A DNA stretch of 37,241 nucleotides, from the IMG/VR virus record IMGVR_UViG_3300040734_000110, positions 1-37,241 of that record. The stretch is one strand, 5' to 3'. The stretch comes from a virus. Its lineage: Duplodnaviria > Caudoviricetes. Shown here one piece after another: positions 17,046 to 26,205 of the stretch. The stretch's first letter is position 1. The number at the start of each line of letters is the position of its first letter. Position numbers and translations under genes: made by a program. The notes under the pieces are model-generated. The model had not been told where the DNA came from, ran no database searches, and worked only from the letters and a program-made list of their open reading frames with translations.

Positions 17046-17121
17046 CGAAAGAAATATTGTTCTTAAAAGCGTAAAAAACTTACAATTCGATGACAGTACT
17101 GGGTTTGGAGGATAAATATCA

Positions 17122-17150
17122 TTGAATTAGTCGAGGGATTCGTATACAAT
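17122..17150 (+). promoter_or_regulatory. Candidate promoter of TA pair 1
   Basis: TTGAAT-17-TACAAT; TAACA-N6-TGTTA palindrome just downstream. Confidence 0.45.
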
Positions 17151-17238
17151 CCTGATAGAGTTAACAATTTACTGTTATTTGCTCATGGGATAATAGAGTT
17201 CAATAAGGGATAAGCAAATAGCGGATTCGCAAAATGCA

Positions 17239-17820
17239 ATGAATATATATCGCGAAAAGCTGATTAATACAGTCTTGTATTTTTCACAAGAGACAAAACA
17301 TCTGAATATGACAAAGTTGATGAAACTCCTTAATTTCTTCGACTTTGATCATTTCATGCAAACAGGATATCCTTCAATAGGATTAGATTACTTTACCTTT
17401 GAACAAGGTCCTGTCCCTAAGCAATTCTGGCTTGAGATCAAAGATGGAATTCCACCTGATGATTTAAAAGGTAAAGTAATTCTTACCCCAATAATTGAAA
17501 AAGACCGGAAAGAAATTAGGTTTACGCCAAAAGCGGATGCCAAAGTGGATTTTTCGATTTTTTCGAATCGAGAGGTTAAGATACTTAAAAGACTTGCTTT
17601 TATATTTCAAGACGCAACCGCCAAGGAGATGTCTGCGGTTTCACATGAAGAGAATAAACCTTGGGAAATCACTATGAGGGAAAAGGGCAAAAACGCAAAG
17701 ATAGATTATATGTTAGCTCTTAATGAAAAATCTCCGATAAATCCTGGAGAAGCAAAAGAAAATTTACAAGATCATTTCGCCATAATTAAAGCATTTGATA
17801 TCGAGCCGTCAAAAAAATAA
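17239..17820 (+). CDS. Panacea (DUF4065/SocA-like) antitoxin
   Basis: TKLMKLLNFFDF...QGPVP...SHEENKPW. Confidence 0.85.
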   Translation: MNIYREKLINTVLYFSQETKHLNMTKLMKLLNFFDFDHFMQTGYPSIGLDYFTFEQGPVPKQFWLEIKDGIPPDDLKGKVILTPIIEKDRKEIRFTPKADAKVDFSIFSNREVKILKRLAFIFQDATAKEMSAVSHEENKPWEITMREKGKNAKIDYMLALNEKSPINPGEAKENLQDHFAIIKAFDIEPSKK

Positions 17821-17821
17821 A

Positions 17822-18241
17822 ATGCCACAACCAGGGGATATTTTCATTTTTAAGGATTTTACCTTTGAGGATGGAAGTCAAAGGGATAAATGGTTTGTTG
17901 TTCTGAATGCTTCTGATCTTGAGAAACCATGCATTGCATTAAAAACAACTTCAGTACCTGATAGATATATTGGATGTACACAGGGATGTAATAGGGATCG
18001 AAGATGTTTTTATGCCCCTGTCACATGGCAACCTTGTTTTCTGAAAGATACATACATTCAACTTCCACAAATATTTGAGTTTTCTGCTTCAGAGTTATTT
18101 TCAAACCGCCTTAGGGGGAAAATTGAATTCAGACCAGCATTATCTAGAATTTGTTTTGAACAGTTAAAAAGTTGTATTGCTGGATTCAAGGATGATATAG
18201 GCACAAAACATTGGGATCTGATTTATAAAGTAGCCAAATAA
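17822..18241 (+). CDS. Putative toxin, PemK/MazF-like fold
   Basis: PGDIFIF...RDKWFVVLN...IALKTTS; starts 1 nt after the Panacea stop. Confidence 0.6.
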   Translation: MPQPGDIFIFKDFTFEDGSQRDKWFVVLNASDLEKPCIALKTTSVPDRYIGCTQGCNRDRRCFYAPVTWQPCFLKDTYIQLPQIFEFSASELFSNRLRGKIEFRPALSRICFEQLKSCIAGFKDDIGTKHWDLIYKVAK

Positions 18242-18301
18242 CCAAATCAGTAAAAATGCTACTTACCAAAAAAGGTGGCGATATTATTTTCTATTTGACT
18301 C

Positions 18302-18346
18302 TTGACGCGCATTTTAATAAATGCTAAGATTTATTTACAAATAAAT
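18302..18346 (+). promoter_or_regulatory. Late promoter with operator-like palindromes
   Basis: TTGACG-17-TAAGAT with TG extension; GCATTT-N4-AAATGC in the spacer and ATTTATTT-AC-AAATAAAT over the start site. Confidence 0.65.
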
Positions 18347-18349
18347 ATT

Positions 18350-18430
18350 TGGCAGCCCCTGTAAGCGGAGGGGCATCCCAAGAACGGTCTGAGCCCCCGT
18401 CGTGCATTTGCACGGCGGGGTTTTTTGTTT
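18350..18430 (+). ncRNA. Structured leader/attenuator 2 ending in an intrinsic terminator
   Basis: GCCCCT/AGGGGC hairpin, then ATCC..AGAA..TGAGCC, then CCCCGTCGTGCA/TGCACGGCGGGG and TTTTTTGTTT. Confidence 0.65.
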
Positions 18431-18452
18431 CCGCTACCAAAGGAGGTAAACC

Positions 18453-18866
18453 ATGGAAACATTTGTGAGTATTTTGAAGAAAGTCAATTGGAAAGGTCTT
18501 TTAGCTGCATTGGCTGCCCTGGGCGTGATCTCAACGGCCGACTGGAAGGTTGCCCTGATCGGCCTTGCGGTCACTGTGTTGGTATGGATGCTCAACCTTT
18601 GGGTCAAGCGATCCGGGAAGAAGATCGGCCGGGCTTGGTTGACCGTGATCGTGTACCTGGTGGCAATGATCATCACCATAATCGTGCAGCCGGTGATCAT
18701 GCCAGCTTTACCGGCGTGGAATGGAGACGCAGCTTTATTTACCAACGCCTGGATCGGCTTCTTAGCCGCAGTGGCACCAATAGCTGCCACAGTAACTGGC
18801 GAAGCAACTCTTGTGTATAACAGCATTCTTAAGCAGGTGGCAGACCAGGTAGAAGTAACCAAATAG
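18453..18866 (+). CDS. Putative holin
   Basis: Multiple TM helices, AAGGAGG SD, upstream of the endolysin. Confidence 0.6.
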   Translation: METFVSILKKVNWKGLLAALAALGVISTADWKVALIGLAVTVLVWMLNLWVKRSGKKIGRAWLTVIVYLVAMIITIIVQPVIMPALPAWNGDAALFTNAWIGFLAAVAPIAATVTGEATLVYNSILKQVADQVEVTK

Positions 18867-18873
18867 GGGGTAT

Positions 18874-19176
18874 GTGATGAGCGAGAGCGTGATCAACCTG
18901 TTCATGCAGGCACCACTGGCCGGGGTAGTCGTCATCGTGGTGGTTGTATTCCTGCAATTTATCAAAGGCTACAACCAATCCATGATGACCTTCTTAACCA
19001 ACCAACAGGAAACCAATCACCAATTCCTACGGGAACAACGTGAGCAATCCAACGAAGCGATCTCCAGGCTGGCAGAAGAGATCAAGGCAGTTGGGCAGGA
19101 GGTTGCCCAGGTAAAAGGAGTGGTGATCGCTCTTGATGCTGCATCCAAGGTTCGGGATGAAAGAGGTCGAAAATGA
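18874..19176 (+). CDS. Single-TM coiled-coil lysis protein (holin-like)
   Basis: N-terminal TM helix plus coiled coil, coupled to the endolysin. Confidence 0.55.
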   Translation: MMSESVINLFMQAPLAGVVVIVVVVFLQFIKGYNQSMMTFLTNQQETNHQFLREQREQSNEAISRLAEEIKAVGQEVAQVKGVVIALDAASKVRDERGRK

Positions 19177-19940
19177 AGAGTTATTCGATCGTGCTGGATG
19201 TCTGGGAAGGTCAGTTGGAGATCGATGAAGCAGCTCTCTTCGCTGGTGGTGTGGTCGGGCTGGTGATCAGGTTGAATGATATGAACGGCGGCCACCACAT
19301 GGATGAGGGATTTGAAAAGCAATGGGCTGAAGCTGCGTCTTTCCTTCGTTGGCCATACTTTGTATACAACCCCTGGGTAAGCGGGGCGGAGAATTATGAC
19401 TGGTTAGCCAGGCATATGCCATCAGATTGTCCCGCTGTGGCTCTGGATATCGAAGTAAGAAAAACCGGGCTGGCACCGAAAGAATATGGCAAACAGATCG
19501 GGATCTTCAAAAATCTCGTCAATCAAGAGTGGAATACTCATAATTACACAGGGGAATGGTTCCTGGATGTGCTTTCACCCTGGCCGATCGATGATTACTG
19601 GTGGGCTCAATATCCGTTCTTGATGTACCCTGCTTCTGTCCAACGGATCAGTTATGAGGTGCTTAAAGCCAAACTAGACATGCTAGTCTGGCCGCCCATG
19701 AACTCGGCAAAGTCATCCGGAAAGATCCGGATGTGGCAGTGCTCAGGCGACAGGTTGATCCTGCCAGGTACAACCAGAGCGGTTGATGTGAATGTTTTCA
19801 ACGGTAACGTTGACGAGTTGCGAACGTGGTTAGGTTACAGCCCTTCTGGCACACCGATCAACCCACCCGAACCATTAACCATAGAGCAGCGATTGACCAA
19901 TATCGAGCGCGTCGCCCGAGAACATGGTTGGAGTGTGTAG
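19173..19940 (+). CDS. Endolysin, GH25 muramidase
   Basis: LDVWEGQ, ALDIE, WWAQY, MWQCS, VDVNVFNG. Confidence 0.85.
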   Translation: MKSYSIVLDVWEGQLEIDEAALFAGGVVGLVIRLNDMNGGHHMDEGFEKQWAEAASFLRWPYFVYNPWVSGAENYDWLARHMPSDCPAVALDIEVRKTGLAPKEYGKQIGIFKNLVNQEWNTHNYTGEWFLDVLSPWPIDDYWWAQYPFLMYPASVQRISYEVLKAKLDMLVWPPMNSAKSSGKIRMWQCSGDRLILPGTTRAVDVNVFNGNVDELRTWLGYSPSGTPINPPEPLTIEQRLTNIERVAREHGWSV

Positions 19941-19941
19941 T

Positions 19942-20577
19942 ATGTCACCGCTTGACCGGCCAGTTTACCAATTAATGCTGCCGTTAGAAGATATCGAGCA
20001 AGCCATCATTGAGAATGAAGGGCTTACCAAAGAAGAGATAACAGCCAGGTCGGAAGCGGCCTTGGCGGCTATTAATGCCATCCGTGTAAAAGATCCGGAA
20101 ACAAATGTTATGAGATCTCCGGAATGGATGGATTTATTCAAACGGCTGCAGGACGGTGGGTGGTATTGGCGTGTGGCTCTCTACATCGCTTGGGCAGCTC
20201 AGCCCAAAAAGTATCGCATCCCTGAAACACAGGAAGAACTGGCCACAAAGTTCCTTGGTTTAGCCAGCGACCGGGTGATCAGCACCTGGCGAAAACGCAA
20301 CCCGACCATCGACAGCACGATCGCCATGATGCAAGGATCCATGATCTATGATGCCCTGCCGGATGCCTATGCAGCCATGATCAAGGTGGCTACCAGAGAT
20401 GATTACAAGAGCCATCAGGACCGTAAATTAATGTTTGAGATGGGCGGGGTTTACACCCCGAGGATCACAGCGGAACTAAAACGGCGCGGGTTGACCGCTA
20501 AAGATGTTGAAGAAATGACCGACGAAGAGCTGGAAGAGATCATTACAGCTGCCAAGGGAAGGGAAGCTGAACAATGA
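19942..20577 (+). CDS. Terminase small subunit (HTH), paralog 2
   Basis: Overlaps the terL start (ATGA); HTH ETQEELATKFLGLASDRVISTWRK. Confidence 0.75.
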   Translation: MSPLDRPVYQLMLPLEDIEQAIIENEGLTKEEITARSEAALAAINAIRVKDPETNVMRSPEWMDLFKRLQDGGWYWRVALYIAWAAQPKKYRIPETQEELATKFLGLASDRVISTWRKRNPTIDSTIAMMQGSMIYDALPDAYAAMIKVATRDDYKSHQDRKLMFEMGGVYTPRITAELKRRGLTAKDVEEMTDEELEEIITAAKGREAEQ

Positions 20578-22109
20578 GTACAGGGATAACCCCAACTGCA
20601 GCTCGCAGCGAGCAAGCCCGTAGAACTCTCTCCAGGCGTAATTTTCTCCGCTTTGCACAATACGTCGACCCGAAATACCGGACCCCAGCTCATATACAGT
20701 ATGTCGGCAACAAGCTTCAACAGGTGGCGCTTTTCCTTGAGACGAAAGGGAAAGAGGGAGTGGGTCGGTTGATGATCGAGATGCCACCCCAAAATGGGAA
20801 ATCGGAAATGGCCAGCCGAAAATTCCCAGCGTTCGTACTGGGTCGGAAACCAGATCTGCGTGTGATCATCTCCTCCTATGGCGCAGATTTGGCCAGTAAA
20901 CACAGCCGGGCTGTGCGTGACTTGATCGTTTCGACCCAGTACCAGGCCTTATTCGGTGATCTGTCTTCCCAAAATGAACCGGTTGAATTAAGTGCCGACA
21001 GCCGGTCGGTATCCACTTGGGACTTGGCAGCTCCCCACCGGGGCGGGATGGTGGCAGCCGGTGTGGGTGGAGGTATCACTGGCCTCCCTTGCGATCTGCT
21101 CATTTGCGATGACCTGGTTAAAAACCGAGAAGAAGGCGAATCTGAAGCCAGGCGTGAGTATGTTGACGACTGGTACAAGTCGAGCGCGCTGACCAGGTTG
21201 TCACCGTATGCGGCCATCATCCTTTTCTTTACACGCTGGCATCCGGATGATCAAGCGGGACGGTTGATAAAACGAATGATCGAAGTGCCAGGCGCTGATC
21301 AATGGGAAATCATCTATTTACCGGCGGTCGCCATCAACGATTATCCCAAGACCGTCGATGAACAACGTCAAAAAATGCGCGAAGGTGTTTATCTTCCACT
21401 TGCCGACCAACTCGGACGGAAGCCCGGGGAAGCCCTGTGGCCAGAGCAATTCACAACTGAATGGCTGCTCTCCAAAAAAGCGAATACCTCGGCATATGAG
21501 TTTGAAGCCTTGTATCAGCAAATGCCGTATCTGCGGGAAGGTGGAATGTTCAAACGGGAATGGTTCACCAAGGTAACCAAAGGACCCGACAAGGTCATTG
21601 CCCGCGTGCGGTATTGGGATAAAGCTGCCACGCAAGGTGGTGGTGCCCGAACAAGTGGGACTTTGATGAGCCTTGGGGAGGATGGTTTTTTCTATGTCGA
21701 GCATGTTGCCAAGGGACAATGGTCAACATTTCAACGCGAGTCCGAGATGATCAAGATTGCGGAACGCGATTATGAGAGATGTGGTCCCTTCCCGATTTGG
21801 CATCCACAGGACCCGGGAAGCGCCGGGTTGGACAGCGCCAGGGCAACCAATGCCGCCATGGCCATAAAAGGGATCACAGCGCATTTTGAACCTGTCACGG
21901 GTGATAAAGAAACAAGGGCAGAACCTTTTTCAACCGCAGCGGAAGGCGGACTGGTCAGGCTGGTGGAAGGCGGATGGATAGAGGGCCTTTTAGATGAGTT
22001 GGTTGCTTTTCCAAAAGGAAATTTTAAAGACCAGGTCGACTCCAGTTCGTCAGCTTATACCAAGCTGCTCGAGATGAAAAAGAATAAACGGGAGAGCCGA
22101 ATCCTATGA
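20574..22109 (+). CDS. terL: Terminase large subunit
   Basis: MPPQNGKSE Walker A, LLICDD Walker B, TRWHPDD, YWDKA and DQVDS nuclease motifs. Confidence 0.95.
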   Translation: MSTGITPTAARSEQARRTLSRRNFLRFAQYVDPKYRTPAHIQYVGNKLQQVALFLETKGKEGVGRLMIEMPPQNGKSEMASRKFPAFVLGRKPDLRVIISSYGADLASKHSRAVRDLIVSTQYQALFGDLSSQNEPVELSADSRSVSTWDLAAPHRGGMVAAGVGGGITGLPCDLLICDDLVKNREEGESEARREYVDDWYKSSALTRLSPYAAIILFFTRWHPDDQAGRLIKRMIEVPGADQWEIIYLPAVAINDYPKTVDEQRQKMREGVYLPLADQLGRKPGEALWPEQFTTEWLLSKKANTSAYEFEALYQQMPYLREGGMFKREWFTKVTKGPDKVIARVRYWDKAATQGGGARTSGTLMSLGEDGFFYVEHVAKGQWSTFQRESEMIKIAERDYERCGPFPIWHPQDPGSAGLDSARATNAAMAIKGITAHFEPVTGDKETRAEPFSTAAEGGLVRLVEGGWIEGLLDELVAFPKGNFKDQVDSSSSAYTKLLEMKKNKRESRIL

Positions 22110-24118
22110 ACTTATTTCAGCAGTTATTCGTAAAGGCAGCAAGCAAAACAAATGGCTTCAGGTTCATCCCTGAATGGGTCAAGGCCGCTTTTCTACCAGT
22201 GTCTCTCCGCCGTTTATTGGATGGGTATCGGAAAAATAGCGCTGTTTCAGCCTGTGTGACAGCCCTGGCTTTTTCATTTCCAGAAGCCCCTCTCTTGATC
22301 GGATATGAGACTCCTGACGGCCGGTTTATGGCTGATTACAGCCACCCAGCCCTGAGCCTGATCAGGCAGCCAAACCCAGATATGGGAGAGGTGGAGCTGA
22401 TGCAGTTCGCCATCACCTATGCCTCAGTTGGAGGCTCGCTTTACCTGTGGAAACAGCGGGGAATGAATAATCGAGTAATTCGTTTATGGCCATTCTCCGA
22501 AGTGAATATGACCCCTTTGCCAGGACATGATACAGAAGAGGGATTCGTTCGAGGGTATGAATTTGACCCCGGAAATGGACAAGCCATAACCCTTCCCAAA
22601 GAGGATGTGATCCATTGGAAATGGATGGTGGATCCGGAACAACCCTGGAGAGGAATTGGCGCCCTCGAATTTGCCCTACGAGATGCGGATCGAGACACTG
22701 AAGCGAATGCTTATATCTATGCCTTGCTGAAAAACAACGCCGTTCCTCCAGTAGTTGTCACCCTTACCGAAGGGGAGGAACTCACTGAAGCTAAGGCAAA
22801 ACGACTACGGAACGAGTGGAAAACAAAACTTGGAGGGGATAACCGAGGTGACCTTGCGTTCCTGGAATCAGGCATGAAGGCTGAGAAGCTCGGGTTTGAC
22901 CTGCAACAACTCGCCGGCGAGGCCTTGAATGCTGTTCCTGAAGCACGCATTGCCGCAGCGTTTCGAGTACCACCGGTAGTGGCCGGTCTTAGTGTGGGTC
23001 TAAAACGATCGGATTATGGCGACCAGGCCGCAAGGAGAGCGTTCACGGAATTGACCTTGTCCGCTTTATGGCGCTCGTTGGCATCTGAGATCTGGAACGG
23101 ACTGAAAGGTGAATTCCCTGGGACACCACCGAATTACACCGCACGATTTGATCTTCGCCAGGTGCGCGCTCTACAGGAAGAAGAAAGCAAATTGTGGGAG
23201 CGGATCACTAATGCCTTCAACCGGTCACTGCTCACACGAGCTCAGGCGAAACAAGTCCTCGGGATTGAACCCGAAACCGGGGATGATGTGTATTTCGTTT
23301 CTTTGGCATCCGAATTTGTACCCGCTGATCAGGAGGTTGTACGGGCATCCTCAACTGACAAATCGATCGAATTCAAAGGTTCCAATGCCATAAAGCCAGC
23401 TGCAACTCTACGAAAGATCAGGATTAGAGAGATCGGAAAGATGACCGAAGAGGTCAAACAGTATTTCGCGCAGTTAGCCAAACGAGCCGTCGAACGAGCA
23501 CGCGGGAAGAGTAAAGACCTTAAGAGCTTACCTGCCGCAGAAGAACTGATACAACCCAGTGATAAATCAGACTTGGTAAAGATCGTCCAGAGGTTTTATG
23601 TGGAGATCTGTACTTTATCCTGGGAAACCTGGAATATCGCCTGTGGAGCGGATCTGTTGTTTGATCTGACCGACCCGATCGTAACAAACCTGCTCGGCAT
23701 GGTCGGTCGGCGGGTAAGCGATATCCAGGAAGAAACCTTGAGCGCCTTACGCCAGGTTCTTCAGTATGGATCCGCCAACGGTTGGAGCATCGAGGACTTG
23801 GTCGCCGGAGATCCAGCTACAGGTGTGCGTGGGATCATGGACGTGATCATTGAGACATACCAAGGCCGGGCACGTACCATTGCGCGTACCGAACTGGGAG
23901 AAGCCCAAAACCGAGGGACCGTAAGCCGATACCAATCCGCCGGAGTAAATCTAGTCGAGATCCTTGATAACGGCAATGATGACGATGATGATGCCTGTAA
24001 AATCGCCAACGGTCAAATCTGGGCACTGGAATATTTTTCAAGTCATTCACTGGAGCATCCCAACTGCACGCGGGCAGCTGCTCCATACTTTGGCGACCAA
24101 AAGCCTGATAGGAGTTGA
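22106..24118 (+). CDS. Portal protein fused to a MuF/minor head domain
   Basis: HK97-like portal (QPNP, NNAVP, IAAAFRVPP) followed by RARTIARTE...C...HPNC. Confidence 0.85.
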   Translation: MNLFQQLFVKAASKTNGFRFIPEWVKAAFLPVSLRRLLDGYRKNSAVSACVTALAFSFPEAPLLIGYETPDGRFMADYSHPALSLIRQPNPDMGEVELMQFAITYASVGGSLYLWKQRGMNNRVIRLWPFSEVNMTPLPGHDTEEGFVRGYEFDPGNGQAITLPKEDVIHWKWMVDPEQPWRGIGALEFALRDADRDTEANAYIYALLKNNAVPPVVVTLTEGEELTEAKAKRLRNEWKTKLGGDNRGDLAFLESGMKAEKLGFDLQQLAGEALNAVPEARIAAAFRVPPVVAGLSVGLKRSDYGDQAARRAFTELTLSALWRSLASEIWNGLKGEFPGTPPNYTARFDLRQVRALQEEESKLWERITNAFNRSLLTRAQAKQVLGIEPETGDDVYFVSLASEFVPADQEVVRASSTDKSIEFKGSNAIKPAATLRKIRIREIGKMTEEVKQYFAQLAKRAVERARGKSKDLKSLPAAEELIQPSDKSDLVKIVQRFYVEICTLSWETWNIACGADLLFDLTDPIVTNLLGMVGRRVSDIQEETLSALRQVLQYGSANGWSIEDLVAGDPATGVRGIMDVIIETYQGRARTIARTELGEAQNRGTVSRYQSAGVNLVEILDNGNDDDDDACKIANGQIWALEYFSSHSLEHPNCTRAAAPYFGDQKPDRS

Positions 24119-24121
24119 AAG

Positions 24122-24889
24122 ATGGAAATCAAGACCCTGCCTTTATTTGTTAAGGAAATCAATGTAGCCGAACGGACCGTGACCGGTATTTTTGCCGTAC
24201 ATGGAAATATTGACAGCTACGGTGATATGTCAGTCAATGGATCGTTTGCCAAACGCCTAACCGATGGCAATCGAAAGCGAGTCCGGTTTCTGTGGATGCA
24301 TAACTACGATAACCCACCCATCGCCAGCATTGTTGATATCCAGGAAGTCGAGAAAGCCGATCTTCCTGAAGCTGTTCTGAAGTGGGCTCCGGAAGCCACC
24401 GGCGGGGCAGCTGTAACCCGAAAATATTACACGGATATCCCACTGGCAGAGTGGGTCTTCAAAGGGATCCAAGCCAAGGATATCGATGAAATGTCATATG
24501 CATACGATCCGATCGTCTGGGAGCATGTGGAAGATAAAGAGAGGCCTCAATTACGCCGGATTCTCAAGGAAATCGAGCTTTACGACATTTCAGATGTGAA
24601 CTGGGGTGCGAACCCCGCTACATCAGGCGTCAAAGGCATGCCGGTGACCAGCATGACCTTTTCACAGCACTCTGCGATGGTGGAGGCCACCCTCGAAGAG
24701 TTTTTATCCCGGGTAAAAGAGCGGAAATCACACCGGGAAATTGAAGGGAGAACCTTGTCAGAGGTGAATCGGGAACGGTTAGCAAAGATGGCAACGGAGA
24801 TCGGAACCATTTTAAGCGAAACAGAACCGATGGCCGATCAAGAAGAGGTTCTCAACCAACTCTCAACTTTTTACGCACACCAGTCCTGA
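24122..24889 (+). CDS. HK97-family prohead protease
   Basis: DSYGD, FLWMH, EMSYAY, LYDISDVNWGANP. Confidence 0.9.
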   Translation: MEIKTLPLFVKEINVAERTVTGIFAVHGNIDSYGDMSVNGSFAKRLTDGNRKRVRFLWMHNYDNPPIASIVDIQEVEKADLPEAVLKWAPEATGGAAVTRKYYTDIPLAEWVFKGIQAKDIDEMSYAYDPIVWEHVEDKERPQLRRILKEIELYDISDVNWGANPATSGVKGMPVTSMTFSQHSAMVEATLEEFLSRVKERKSHREIEGRTLSEVNRERLAKMATEIGTILSETEPMADQEEVLNQLSTFYAHQS

Positions 24890-24899
24890 GGAGGACATC

Positions 24900-26138
24900 A
24901 TGAACCTGAAAGAATTGATTGAAAAGCTGAACGCGAAACGGGCAGAACTTGCCGACATCTTCGCGAAAGCCAAAACAACGGTTGACGGTGAGGACCGCTA
25001 CAACCTGACCCCAGCGCAGCTTGATGATGTAAAAGCGCGCAACAAAGAAATCGACGACCTGGCGAAACAGGTCGAAGATGCCAAATCGGCAGATGAAATC
25101 TACCAGAAGAATGCCAAAGCCATCCGCGACGGCAACCAACCTGCCACCCAGTTACCGCTTGCACAAGGCGGGAAGGAAGGAAAACCGCCTGTCCAGAGGA
25201 AATCACTAGGTGAGTTGTTCACCGAAAGTGAAGCTTATCTGGGACGGCAGCCCAAGAAAGAGATCATCGCCAGTTTCTCTGAATTTGACTTTGCCTCACA
25301 TCGGAAGACCCTGATGGAAACCGGGGCTGGTTTCGCTCCAGAAACCATCCGATCCGGACGGATCGTTGAGTATGCTCATCGGCGTCCTGTGGTGTCCGAT
25401 CTGATCCCGCAAACCACCACCGACCAGGCAGCGATCCCCTACATGGAAGAAACAACCTTCACCAATGCAGCAGCTGCCCGAGCTGAAGGCGGCGAAGCTG
25501 GAGAAAGTGCACTGGCATACACCGAACGAACGGTCAATATCCGTGAAATTGCCACCTGGTTGCCAATCACTGAAATCCAGCTCGAAGATGTCTCAGTCGC
25601 TCGATCTCTGGTGGATAATCGGCTCATGGCCATGTTGGATCTCACTGAAGAGGTTCAATTGATGACCGGCGACGGTAATTCACCCAACATCGAAGGATTT
25701 TTGGTTAAAAGCGGTGTGCAGAGCCAGGCCAAGGGAAGCGACCCGGTTCCCGATGCAATCTATAAGGGTATGACCTTAGTCCGTCACACCGGTTTTGCCG
25801 AACCATCTGCCGCCATCCTGCACCCGAATGATTGGGAAGGGGTACGGCTCTTACGCACCACAGACGGGATCTATATCTGGGGTTCTCCCGCCGAAGCCGG
25901 ACCGGAACGGATCTGGGGACTCCCATTAGTGATCACCACCGCCATCACTGAAAACACCGGCCTGCTGGGTGATTACCAGTTGTATTCTGAGATCTTCCTG
26001 CGCCGCGGCGCAAATGTGAAGGTTTCAGACAGCCACTATGACTATTTCATCAAGGGCAAATTGGCCATCCGTGCTGACAAACGGCTAGGATTGGCCATCT
26101 ACCGGGCTGCCGCATTCTGCAAGGTCACCGGCATTTAA
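24900..26138 (+). CDS. HK97-family major capsid protein
   Basis: Coiled-coil delta domain, AEGG, GDG, LHPNDW, IWGLPLV. Confidence 0.95.
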   Translation: MNLKELIEKLNAKRAELADIFAKAKTTVDGEDRYNLTPAQLDDVKARNKEIDDLAKQVEDAKSADEIYQKNAKAIRDGNQPATQLPLAQGGKEGKPPVQRKSLGELFTESEAYLGRQPKKEIIASFSEFDFASHRKTLMETGAGFAPETIRSGRIVEYAHRRPVVSDLIPQTTTDQAAIPYMEETTFTNAAAARAEGGEAGESALAYTERTVNIREIATWLPITEIQLEDVSVARSLVDNRLMAMLDLTEEVQLMTGDGNSPNIEGFLVKSGVQSQAKGSDPVPDAIYKGMTLVRHTGFAEPSAAILHPNDWEGVRLLRTTDGIYIWGSPAEAGPERIWGLPLVITTAITENTGLLGDYQLYSEIFLRRGANVKVSDSHYDYFIKGKLAIRADKRLGLAIYRAAAFCKVTGI

Positions 26139-26163
26139 GGCAGCGGCCAGTAATGAGATCAAA

Positions 26164-26189
26164 TCCCCCGCTCAGAGATGGGCGGGGGA
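26164..26189 (+). other. GNRA-capped hairpin without U tract after the capsid gene
   Basis: TCCCCCGCTCA-GAGA-TGGGCGGGGGA. Confidence 0.55.
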
Positions 26190-26205
26190 GATAAGGAGAA
26201 ATGTA

